IMG/VR virus record: IMGVR_UViG_3300031658_000003
DNA length: 20,000 bases
Direction: 5' to 3' (one strand)
Origin: an uncultured virus (IMG/VR IMGVR_UViG_3300031658_000003)
Taxonomy: Duplodnaviria; Heunggongvirae; Uroviricota; Caudoviricetes
The notes below the pieces were generated by a model. The model saw only the letters and a list, made by a program, of their open reading frames with translations. It searched no databases and was not told where the DNA came from. Below are positions 8,184 to 15,032 of this stretch, in pieces. A program made the translations under genes and the position numbers. Within the stretch, counting starts at the first letter, position 1, and each line of letters begins with the position of its first letter.

Positions 8184-8658
8184 TGCTCGATTGACAGAAA
8201 AACAAGCTGGAGCACTCATTGCCGTCTCTAGGCAACGCTCCAGTGAGTTCCATCAACATAACAATGGCACTGACTATACCCACTTAGACATACTACTCAT
8301 GGAAGACGACCACACGGTCAATGAGATTGCGGAGATGTTTACTGTCAAGCCCTCCGCGGCTTCACTGATGAGAGTACCTGCCAACGCCCGCATTGTGCCT
8401 CATGTGGATGGAAAAAACTACCCGCGCAAAACAGCCGTTGTGTTTCCACTCCGGGAAGTCGGCAAAAAGTTCGCTCCAACATCCTTCTATAAAGACGCGA
8501 ATGATTCTCATTCGTATTCAGATTCTCCCGATGTAAATTGCTATGCTTTCTCTACAGAAGTACTCCATGGTGTCGAAAACACAGAACATGACCGGTTTTC
8601 TCTTCAATTATGGTACGATATACCCATAAAAACACTATCAGGAATGAAATTAATTTAA
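8164..8658 (+). CDS. 2OG-Fe(II) dioxygenase-like protein
   Basis: PHVD (HxD) ... HGVEN ... RFSLQ facial triad pattern; start uncertain (GTG 8164 preferred because 8122 overlaps deep into the upstream ORF). Confidence 0.78.
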   Translation: MNYFVIDARLTEKQAGALIAVSRQRSSEFHQHNNGTDYTHLDILLMEDDHTVNEIAEMFTVKPSAASLMRVPANARIVPHVDGKNYPRKTAVVFPLREVGKKFAPTSFYKDANDSHSYSDSPDVNCYAFSTEVLHGVENTEHDRFSLQLWYDIPIKTLSGMKLI

Positions 8659-8679
8659 TTTATTTTAAAACCTCAATGA

Positions 8680-8692
8680 TATCAATGACTTA
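8680..8692 (+). promoter_or_regulatory. Putative IHF binding site
   Basis: TATCAATGACTTA matches WATCAANNNNTTR, has an AT-rich tract upstream, and lies 15 nt before a -35 box. Confidence 0.5.
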
Positions 8693-8707
8693 AAAAAAAG
8701 AAAAAGG

Positions 8708-8735
8708 TTGACTTTGCCCTCCAGTGTGTTATAAT
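8708..8735 (+). promoter_or_regulatory. Early sigma70-type promoter with A-tract (UP-like) element
   Basis: TTGACT, 16 nt spacer, TGn-TATAAT; A-tracts at 8692-8705. Confidence 0.8.
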
Positions 8736-8769
8736 AGTTGTACAAATTGAGAAAAGAGAGAGAATTAGA

Positions 8770-8991
8770 ATGAATACACAAAATGACACTATTAATCAAG
8801 CATTTGAGAATGCATTTGAGAACGATATAGACGAGATACATGATGAGTACGCTATGTACATCATGGATAATGCTGATCCATCTGAGGTTACTATATGTAA
8901 CGGAGCTACTCTACTCGAGGCTGCCGAGAACGAGTACATGCTAGAAGAATTTAAACAGTCTTGGATTGATGAGAGGATATATAATGTATAA
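8770..8991 (+). CDS. Small highly acidic early protein
   Basis: First ORF after the promoter; purine-rich SD; 18 D/E versus 2 K/R in 73 aa. Confidence 0.8.
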   Translation: MNTQNDTINQAFENAFENDIDEIHDEYAMYIMDNADPSEVTICNGATLLEAAENEYMLEEFKQSWIDERIYNV

Positions 8992-9385
8992 ATTATTTCA
9001 AATTTCAGTTCCACGTGAACAGTATGATGAAGTCAATAAACTAGGTTGGTCAGAAGCAATGGAAAGATACCCATTGGTTGAGGCTAGTCAATCTGTGAGA
9101 ATGGCTGGTTCTGAAGCATATGTCACCGAGTACGATGCTATGTTCACCCATGTGGCTGACCTCGATGCTGACACTCTTGAAGAAGCGTTTCGGCTTCACA
9201 ACTTCCAAGAAGAAGACAAGATCACACGATATGCTAAACAGCATTCAATGTCAGTTGGCGATATCTGTGTTGGTGAGTATGGTGATGTCCACATGTGCGA
9301 TAACTTCGGCTGGACTCAACTGATGTCTTCCAGCGTGTCAGTGCTGGAAAACGTATTTTACGCAAACATGGAGAAAGTGGCATGA
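8984..9385 (+). CDS. Hypothetical protein with YodL-like HSMSVGD motif
   Basis: SD GAGG before ATG 8984; LEEAF...N...HSMSVGDI pattern. Confidence 0.7.
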   Translation: MYKLFQISVPREQYDEVNKLGWSEAMERYPLVEASQSVRMAGSEAYVTEYDAMFTHVADLDADTLEEAFRLHNFQEEDKITRYAKQHSMSVGDICVGEYGDVHMCDNFGWTQLMSSSVSVLENVFYANMEKVA

Positions 9386-9582
9386 ATATACGACATGGTG
9401 GTTGTTATGATCGCGGTGGGGCTGATAGCTACTATGGTAGGCTGCCTACACCACACTACTTTATCGGTGACACATATAAGACCGAGTTAGTGGAAGAGAA
9501 CAGTATGACTCCTGAAGAAATCCAAGATTATCTTGCAGGTTATAAGAGTAATGAGGAAGAAGCAAACTTCAAGGAGTGGTAA
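9382..9582 (+). CDS. Conserved phage hypothetical protein
   Basis: ATGA overlap; RHGGCYDRGGADSYYGR..PHY motif. Confidence 0.8.
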   Translation: MNIRHGGCYDRGGADSYYGRLPTPHYFIGDTYKTELVEENSMTPEEIQDYLAGYKSNEEEANFKEW

Positions 9583-9875
9583 TGCCAAATTTTGATCCAA
9601 AAGAAGTAAAGAATTCCAATCGAATTTTTAAATCAGCAACTCCAAAATATACACTCGATTGGTATCTGAAGTGGGTTGCCAGTGCATTCGTATTATGTTC
9701 AATGTCAATTCGTGGTGTTGAGGGCTATGCGGCACTTGATTTATATCTATCTCTATGTGGCATTAGCCTTTGGTTAGCTGTCTCGCTGATATGGAAAGAC
9801 CGCGCACTGATATTACTGAATGGTGTAGGATTGCTGTTTCTAATCCGAGCAGTTGCTGAGAGGGTGATGACATGA
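9582..9875 (+). CDS. Small three-TM membrane protein (DUF6552-like)
   Basis: SD AGGAG at 9572-9576; TAATG overlap; WYLKWVAS and WKDRALILLNG motifs; three hydrophobic segments. Confidence 0.75.
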   Translation: MPNFDPKEVKNSNRIFKSATPKYTLDWYLKWVASAFVLCSMSIRGVEGYAALDLYLSLCGISLWLAVSLIWKDRALILLNGVGLLFLIRAVAERVMT

Positions 9876-10636
9876 AGATAGCTATAGTTGGTTGTGGTTT
9901 TGTAGGAAGCACATACTACGATGCATTAAAGACGGTGCATGACATTCATGTGATAGACCCCGCCATGAATAATAATGCGCTTTCTGACTTTCCTGGATAT
10001 GATGGAATTATAATTTGCGTTCCCACGCCTTCAAATTCGGATGGCTCTTGCGACTACTCGTTGATAATCGATGTTATGGATACGGTCAATGTTGAAACTA
10101 CAGACCATTCTATTCCAATATTAATAAAGAGTACCATAGATTTGGAGGCTTGGGAACATCTTACTACAGCTTACACTAATCCGATTACATTCTCACCTGA
10201 GTTCCTGAGACAAAAATCTGCTACATTAGATTTGAAAATGAATAAGTACTGTATTCTTGCGGGTGATTATCCCAATATATGGTGGAAAATTCTAACAGCA
10301 TCTCCCGTATTTGAGCGCAAGATATTTCGATATTCTATCAATGACGTAAAAGAAACAATCATAATGAAGTATGCGGTGAACTCATTCCTAGCTACTAAGG
10401 TTATCTTCTTCAACCAACTTAAAGAATTCTGTGATGACAACGATCTATCATTTGATTCTGTTAGAAGAATGGTCATCACAGACGACAGAATTGGTGATTC
10501 ACATACAGAAGTAACTGAAGAAGGTGGATTTGGTGGAGCATGTTTTCCAAAAGACACCCGGGCTTTCTCGTGCATGGATAAAGAAAATCGCATGAGTGTA
10601 CTGCAACAAGCAATTGAGTGGAATGAAAAATTATGA
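9872..10636 (+). CDS. UDP-glucose/GDP-mannose dehydrogenase family protein (short form)
   Basis: Rossmann GCGFVG, ICVPTP, IKST, SPEFLR, KYAVNSFLATKV, catalytic GFGGACFPKD. Confidence 0.9.
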   Translation: MKIAIVGCGFVGSTYYDALKTVHDIHVIDPAMNNNALSDFPGYDGIIICVPTPSNSDGSCDYSLIIDVMDTVNVETTDHSIPILIKSTIDLEAWEHLTTAYTNPITFSPEFLRQKSATLDLKMNKYCILAGDYPNIWWKILTASPVFERKIFRYSINDVKETIIMKYAVNSFLATKVIFFNQLKEFCDDNDLSFDSVRRMVITDDRIGDSHTEVTEEGGFGGACFPKDTRAFSCMDKENRMSVLQQAIEWNEKL

Positions 10637-11037
10637 TAAACTTTGATCATCGTATGATACGCAATGCAATGAGAACTCCAGATGGAACAATCATACGCAG
10701 TAGGCACCGACATGATTATGTTACCCACACTGATGCCAACGGCAATGAGTATATGCTCGACGGTGGATTAGACTATGTTCGTTGTAGTGCTAATGGTGAT
10801 GAAGAAATGATGGTAGTCACACTTGCCGACCCACAAAAACAGGTTAGAGAAGCCTTGGAATGGGGAACATATGGCATTAACGGTGACCAACCGCTGTCAT
10901 ATATTACCTTGTGTGACATGACCGTTGACCACATTGAAGCAGTCTTAAAGAATGTGCCATCAATAAACCCAGCATTTAAAATTGCTATGGAACGTGAATT
11001 GGAGTTTCGTAAAGAATTAACAGACTACTCTGTTTAG
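10633..11037 (+). CDS. Conserved phage hypothetical protein
   Basis: ATGA overlap; SRHRHDY...DGGLDYVR and WGTYG motifs. Confidence 0.8.
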   Translation: MINFDHRMIRNAMRTPDGTIIRSRHRHDYVTHTDANGNEYMLDGGLDYVRCSANGDEEMMVVTLADPQKQVREALEWGTYGINGDQPLSYITLCDMTVDHIEAVLKNVPSINPAFKIAMERELEFRKELTDYSV

Positions 11038-11040
11038 CCG

Positions 11041-11048
11041 TATAAATA
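11041..11048 (+). promoter_or_regulatory. T4-type late promoter
   Basis: Exact intergenic TATAAATA. Confidence 0.8.
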
Positions 11049-11074
11049 AAAGGATGACATGTTTTGGAGATACT

Positions 11075-11386
11075 ATGCCCACGTACAAATTTAAGAATGA
11101 ATTAACTGGTGAAATCTGGGAACAGTTTATGGGAATCAGCCAAAGTGAAGAATGGCTTGAAGAAAATCCTAATTGTCATAAGATGCCAACCGCTATGTCA
11201 ATAATAGGTGGCACTGGCGATGCAGTAAAACCAGATGGCGGCTTCACGGAGGTAATGCAAGGAATTGCAGCCGCGAATCCATATTCTCCCCTCGCGCAGA
11301 CGTATGGCAAAAAAGATCCAACGTCTGTAAAATTAAGAAATGTAGTTGAGAAAGTCAAAGCTAAGGTTGGCGACTCACACGAGTGA
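11075..11386 (+). CDS. FmdB-like (MPTY..N..TGE) phage protein
   Basis: SD GGAG at 11066-11069; MPTYKFKNELTGE N-terminus; KPDGGF motif. Confidence 0.8.
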   Translation: MPTYKFKNELTGEIWEQFMGISQSEEWLEENPNCHKMPTAMSIIGGTGDAVKPDGGFTEVMQGIAAANPYSPLAQTYGKKDPTSVKLRNVVEKVKAKVGDSHE

Positions 11387-11399
11387 TGGTATACATTAT

Positions 11400-11837
11400 A
11401 TGACTGAAGAAAATGAACATGTAAAAACTGAAGATGAGATATTCAATGAGGAACGGGTAAAAACTCTCCAAGAAGCATTGACAATCGATTACTTAGAAAA
11501 ATTTGACATATACGCCAAGCTAAAGATTACACAGCGAGACTTGGTTGCATTAGAGATAGCACATTCTAAAATGAAGAAAATTAATGCACTTATAGCATCA
11601 AACAACAAAAAATTGACCGAGGAATGTGGTGAACTTCGAGGCAGATATAAATATGAGAGTGAACGCAATGAAGAGTTTCAATCTAAGAATAAAGAACTTA
11701 GAAAGAAAATGCGGGATATGAAAGATAAGTTCTCGCCCACGGCAGACATAGAAGAGCCGTATATAGAGCCAGAACCTGTAAAGAAGAACCCAAAAAAGAA
11801 AATAGTGGACGCGAAGACCGATGATAAAATTCTCTAG
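11400..11837 (+). CDS. Coiled-coil hypothetical protein
   Basis: Charged heptad-like sequence filling the gap between neighbours; ATG 11400 preferred as start. Confidence 0.7.
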   Translation: MTEENEHVKTEDEIFNEERVKTLQEALTIDYLEKFDIYAKLKITQRDLVALEIAHSKMKKINALIASNNKKLTEECGELRGRYKYESERNEEFQSKNKELRKKMRDMKDKFSPTADIEEPYIEPEPVKKNPKKKIVDAKTDDKIL

Positions 11838-13074
11838 TTATCTCAATGAGGATGCCCAAGGCAAGAATTTGCACTTGGAGCACCTTGAGGATGAGATAAT
11901 AAATTTCGGAATAAATGGTGGCAGAGGTGCTGTCAATTTTCTACGCTCATTAAGAGATATGATGGCTGGACACTCCAGATCCTCACTGAACATGACAGTT
12001 AAGTGGGATGGTGCACCAGCTATTTTTGCGGGTATTGACCCGAGTGACGGTAAATTTTTCGTAGCAAAGAAGTCGGTATTCAATAAGACTCCTCTGTTAT
12101 ATAAAACGATTGGAGAGATCGATACTGACACCCGGTTACCAGCCGCATTGAAACCTAAGTTCAAACTTGCTCTGGTTGAGTTTGGAAAATTAGGAATCAA
12201 AAATGTCCTACAGGGCGATTTGATGTTCACGAAAGAAGACCTCGAGAATGAAACTATCGATGGTAAGAAGTGGACAACATTTCAACCTAACGCAATTGTT
12301 TATGCTGTTCAACGAAATTCAGCATTGGAAAAGAAAATCAAATCTGCAAAAATTGGTGTCGTTTGGCATACCACATACACAGGTGCTTCACTTGAGAAGA
12401 TGTCTGCATCATTCGGTGCTAACATTTCCAAACTCAATTGGAACAAAAATGTATGGATGGATGATGCAACATACAAGGACGATTCCGGCACCGCCACATT
12501 TACTGCAACAGAGACAGCCGCTGTTACTGCGAAACTATCTGAGACAGGTAGACAGTTTAACAAAATTAACTCTACTGAATTAGCTAAGTTCTTACGACTA
12601 CAAGATTCGCTGGTAGGCAAATTTATTGGTGCTAGTCTGAAGACGTACAATAATTCCAAAGTCAGAATTGGTGCAGAGATTACTAATCCAAAGGCACACG
12701 CTAAAGGTTATCTAACTTGGGTTGAAGATAAATTCGACAAAGAAAAAGCCAAGTTAAAGACCGAGAAGAGCCAAATAGCAATTGAGGACAAAAAGACCGA
12801 GACCCTCCGAGAACTCGGTAAGCTACTCAGCTTACTTGAAAACGTCATCATCTTCCAGAATCTTCTTGTGTCTGCTAAGATGATGATTGTTTCCAAACTC
12901 AATAAAGTAAAACAAATAACGGACACATTCGTCCGCACCAAACAAGGCTTTAAGGTAGTCAATCCTGAAGGTTTTGTTGCTATAGATAGAGTAAACGGCA
13001 ATGCCGTCAAACTTGTTGACCGTATGGAATTCTCATACAACAATTTCACCGCTATCAAAGCATGGGATAGATAA
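11821..13074 (+). CDS. Ligase-like covalent nucleotidyltransferase-fold protein (DUF6267-like)
   Basis: TVKWDG (motif I KxDG), QGDLMF (motif III-like), PEGFVA (motif IV), VKLVDR (motif V-like). Confidence 0.75.
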   Translation: MIKFSSYLNEDAQGKNLHLEHLEDEIINFGINGGRGAVNFLRSLRDMMAGHSRSSLNMTVKWDGAPAIFAGIDPSDGKFFVAKKSVFNKTPLLYKTIGEIDTDTRLPAALKPKFKLALVEFGKLGIKNVLQGDLMFTKEDLENETIDGKKWTTFQPNAIVYAVQRNSALEKKIKSAKIGVVWHTTYTGASLEKMSASFGANISKLNWNKNVWMDDATYKDDSGTATFTATETAAVTAKLSETGRQFNKINSTELAKFLRLQDSLVGKFIGASLKTYNNSKVRIGAEITNPKAHAKGYLTWVEDKFDKEKAKLKTEKSQIAIEDKKTETLRELGKLLSLLENVIIFQNLLVSAKMMIVSKLNKVKQITDTFVRTKQGFKVVNPEGFVAIDRVNGNAVKLVDRMEFSYNNFTAIKAWDR

Positions 13075-13091
13075 ATAGGTTTAACAATTAG

Positions 13092-13099
13092 TATAAATA
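13092..13099 (+). promoter_or_regulatory. T4-type late promoter
   Basis: Exact intergenic TATAAATA. Confidence 0.8.
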
Positions 13100-13136
13100 G
13101 TTACTAATACTACTCTAATAAAAGAGATTTTAAACC

Positions 13137-13763
13137 ATGTTCCGTAATATAAATGAAGCAAAAGAAAAGCATATTGTGTTTGCTTTTGGCAGACTCAATC
13201 CACCTACTGCAGGACATAGTAAACTCATTGATAAGGTGCAATCTGAGGCGCGAAAGCGTAATGCGGATCACCGAGTCATTGTGAGTCATTCTCAGGACAA
13301 ACATAAAAATCCTCTCTCTGCCAATGACAAGATCAAGTATCTAAAGTCTATTCATAACACCACCAAATTTGAAGCATCTTCCAAAGAGCATCCACACTTC
13401 ATTGCACACCTAAAAAAGATGCATCAGGAAGGACACACCCATGTTACTATGGTCGCTGGTTCTGACAGAGTGCAAGAATTTCAGAGGCTTGCTGATAAAT
13501 ACAATGGCAAAGACTATGACTTTAAACACTTGAAAATCGTATCTGCGGGTGAGCGTGATCCCGATGCAGAAGGCGTTACTGGTATCAGTGGCACTAAGAT
13601 GCGAACACATGCATCCAATAACGATTACAAGTCATTCAAGAGTGGCTTACACACACGAGCCAACGACACCCACGCGAAGAATTTGTTCAAGGCAGTCCGT
13701 AAGGGCATGCAACTTCAAGAAGACGAAGTACGGCACTCATTCGCCAGTTTTATTCAGGAGTAA
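13137..13763 (+). CDS. Cytidylyltransferase-like (HxGH superfamily) nucleotidyltransferase
   Basis: FGRLNPPTAGH, KNPL, VAGSDR, ISGTKMR motifs. Confidence 0.88.
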   Translation: MFRNINEAKEKHIVFAFGRLNPPTAGHSKLIDKVQSEARKRNADHRVIVSHSQDKHKNPLSANDKIKYLKSIHNTTKFEASSKEHPHFIAHLKKMHQEGHTHVTMVAGSDRVQEFQRLADKYNGKDYDFKHLKIVSAGERDPDAEGVTGISGTKMRTHASNNDYKSFKSGLHTRANDTHAKNLFKAVRKGMQLQEDEVRHSFASFIQE

Positions 13764-13765
13764 CA

Positions 13766-14389
13766 ATGTCAGTTAAACTACTACAAGAGAGATGTGGCAT
13801 AGTGGGCGCCGCTAATGATGGAATATTTGGTGGAGATACCATTCGCGCGGCAATGTCGTATTACAATTTAACCGCGTTAGAAGCGGCACATTTCTTTGGT
13901 CAAGTCGCTCACGAATCTGGAAACTTTGGCGCATTCAGTGAAAACTTAAATTATTCAGCTAAAGCATTAGACTCAGTGTTTGGTAAATATTTCGCACGAG
14001 CAGGAAGAGATGCTACCGAGTATGAGAGACAGCCAGAAAAGATAGCCAATGTTGTGTACTCTAATCGCATGGGCAATGGCAAAGAAGAATCTGGTGATGG
14101 ATGGAAGTTTCGTGGTAGAGGCGCACTACAACTCACTGGTAAAAATAATTATCAACTATTCGCCGATTCAATTAACGACCAAAATGTCATGGATAACCCA
14201 GAGAGTGTTGCAGAAGAATACGCCTTTGAATCCGCTCTGTTCTTTTTCGAGACAAATGGTCTCTGGGAAATTTGCAATCAGGGTATGAATGATGTTATAA
14301 TAGAGAAACTAACGCGCCGCATCAATGGTGGTACTCACGGACTACAAGACAGGGTGAATAAGTCGAAAAAATACTATGAGTACTTGTAA
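13766..14389 (+). CDS. Glycoside hydrolase family 19 endolysin
   Basis: AHFFGQVAHESG, ENLNYS, FRGRGALQLTGKNNY, TRRINGGTHGLQDR; N-terminal LQ...DGIFG..T peptidoglycan-binding-like repeat. Confidence 0.93.
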   Translation: MSVKLLQERCGIVGAANDGIFGGDTIRAAMSYYNLTALEAAHFFGQVAHESGNFGAFSENLNYSAKALDSVFGKYFARAGRDATEYERQPEKIANVVYSNRMGNGKEESGDGWKFRGRGALQLTGKNNYQLFADSINDQNVMDNPESVAEEYAFESALFFFETNGLWEICNQGMNDVIIEKLTRRINGGTHGLQDRVNKSKKYYEYL

Positions 14390-14409
14390 ATAATTTTGAG
14401 GGTTTAGCA

Positions 14410-14784
14410 ATGAGAATTTTAGGAGTTATTGCACTTACACTGCTACTAACAACTGGATGTAGTAGTTTGATGAATATGATACCTGACCGATTCGATAATG
14501 TCGAATATGCAAAACTAGTATCGCTGAATGTAGATGCGGAAGTTTCCAAGGAATCTTGTTCGGTAGATATCGAGACATATAAGTCTGCATTGTTTCTCAA
14601 GAAGTACTCAGAAGGTACGATGAATAAAACTAACAATGAAATATACAGTGAGATTGCATCACTGGTGGCAGAATTGTACAATAGAAAAGATCCATCATTG
14701 GTTTATTGTAAACTCAAATGGAAAAATGTGATAGAAGCAACTGAAGCCGCAATAGTTTTGTCCGGCAAAAGAATCAAAAAATAA
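14410..14784 (+). CDS. Lipoprotein of unknown function
   Basis: MRILGVIALTLLLTTGC signal peptide with lipobox-like Cys; two further Cys residues. Confidence 0.8.
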   Translation: MRILGVIALTLLLTTGCSSLMNMIPDRFDNVEYAKLVSLNVDAEVSKESCSVDIETYKSALFLKKYSEGTMNKTNNEIYSEIASLVAELYNRKDPSLVYCKLKWKNVIEATEAAIVLSGKRIKK

Positions 14785-14796
14785 TGGAGAGCAACA

Positions 14797-15018
14797 ATGA
14801 GTGATGCAGAAGAGAAATTATTATTCGACTATGAAGTAAAAGTCATGGAGCTACAAAGCTATCTCGAATGTAATGAAATATCTCGATCAGAATACGATGA
14901 ACTAATAAAAGATTTTGCAGATGTCGATGCAATACGAAAAGACATCAAAGATGAGAAGATGAAGATACATGCGGAAATGGTTGTAACACACCTTTCCAAA
15001 CTATTAACTATCATTTAA
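14797..15018 (+). CDS. Hypothetical protein
   Basis: SD GGAG; 73 aa; charged, helical-looking sequence. Confidence 0.75.
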   Translation: MSDAEEKLLFDYEVKVMELQSYLECNEISRSEYDELIKDFADVDAIRKDIKDEKMKIHAEMVVTHLSKLLTII

Positions 15019-15019
15019 G

Positions 15020-15027
15020 TATAAATA
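15020..15027 (+). promoter_or_regulatory. T4-type late promoter
   Basis: Exact intergenic TATAAATA 5 nt before ATG 15033. Confidence 0.75.
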
Positions 15028-15032
15028 CCATT

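Noticed and set aside
11646..11653. TATAAATA inside the coiled-coil ORF, upstream of the ligase-like gene
   Set aside because: Could be a real internal late promoter but cannot be told apart from a chance match
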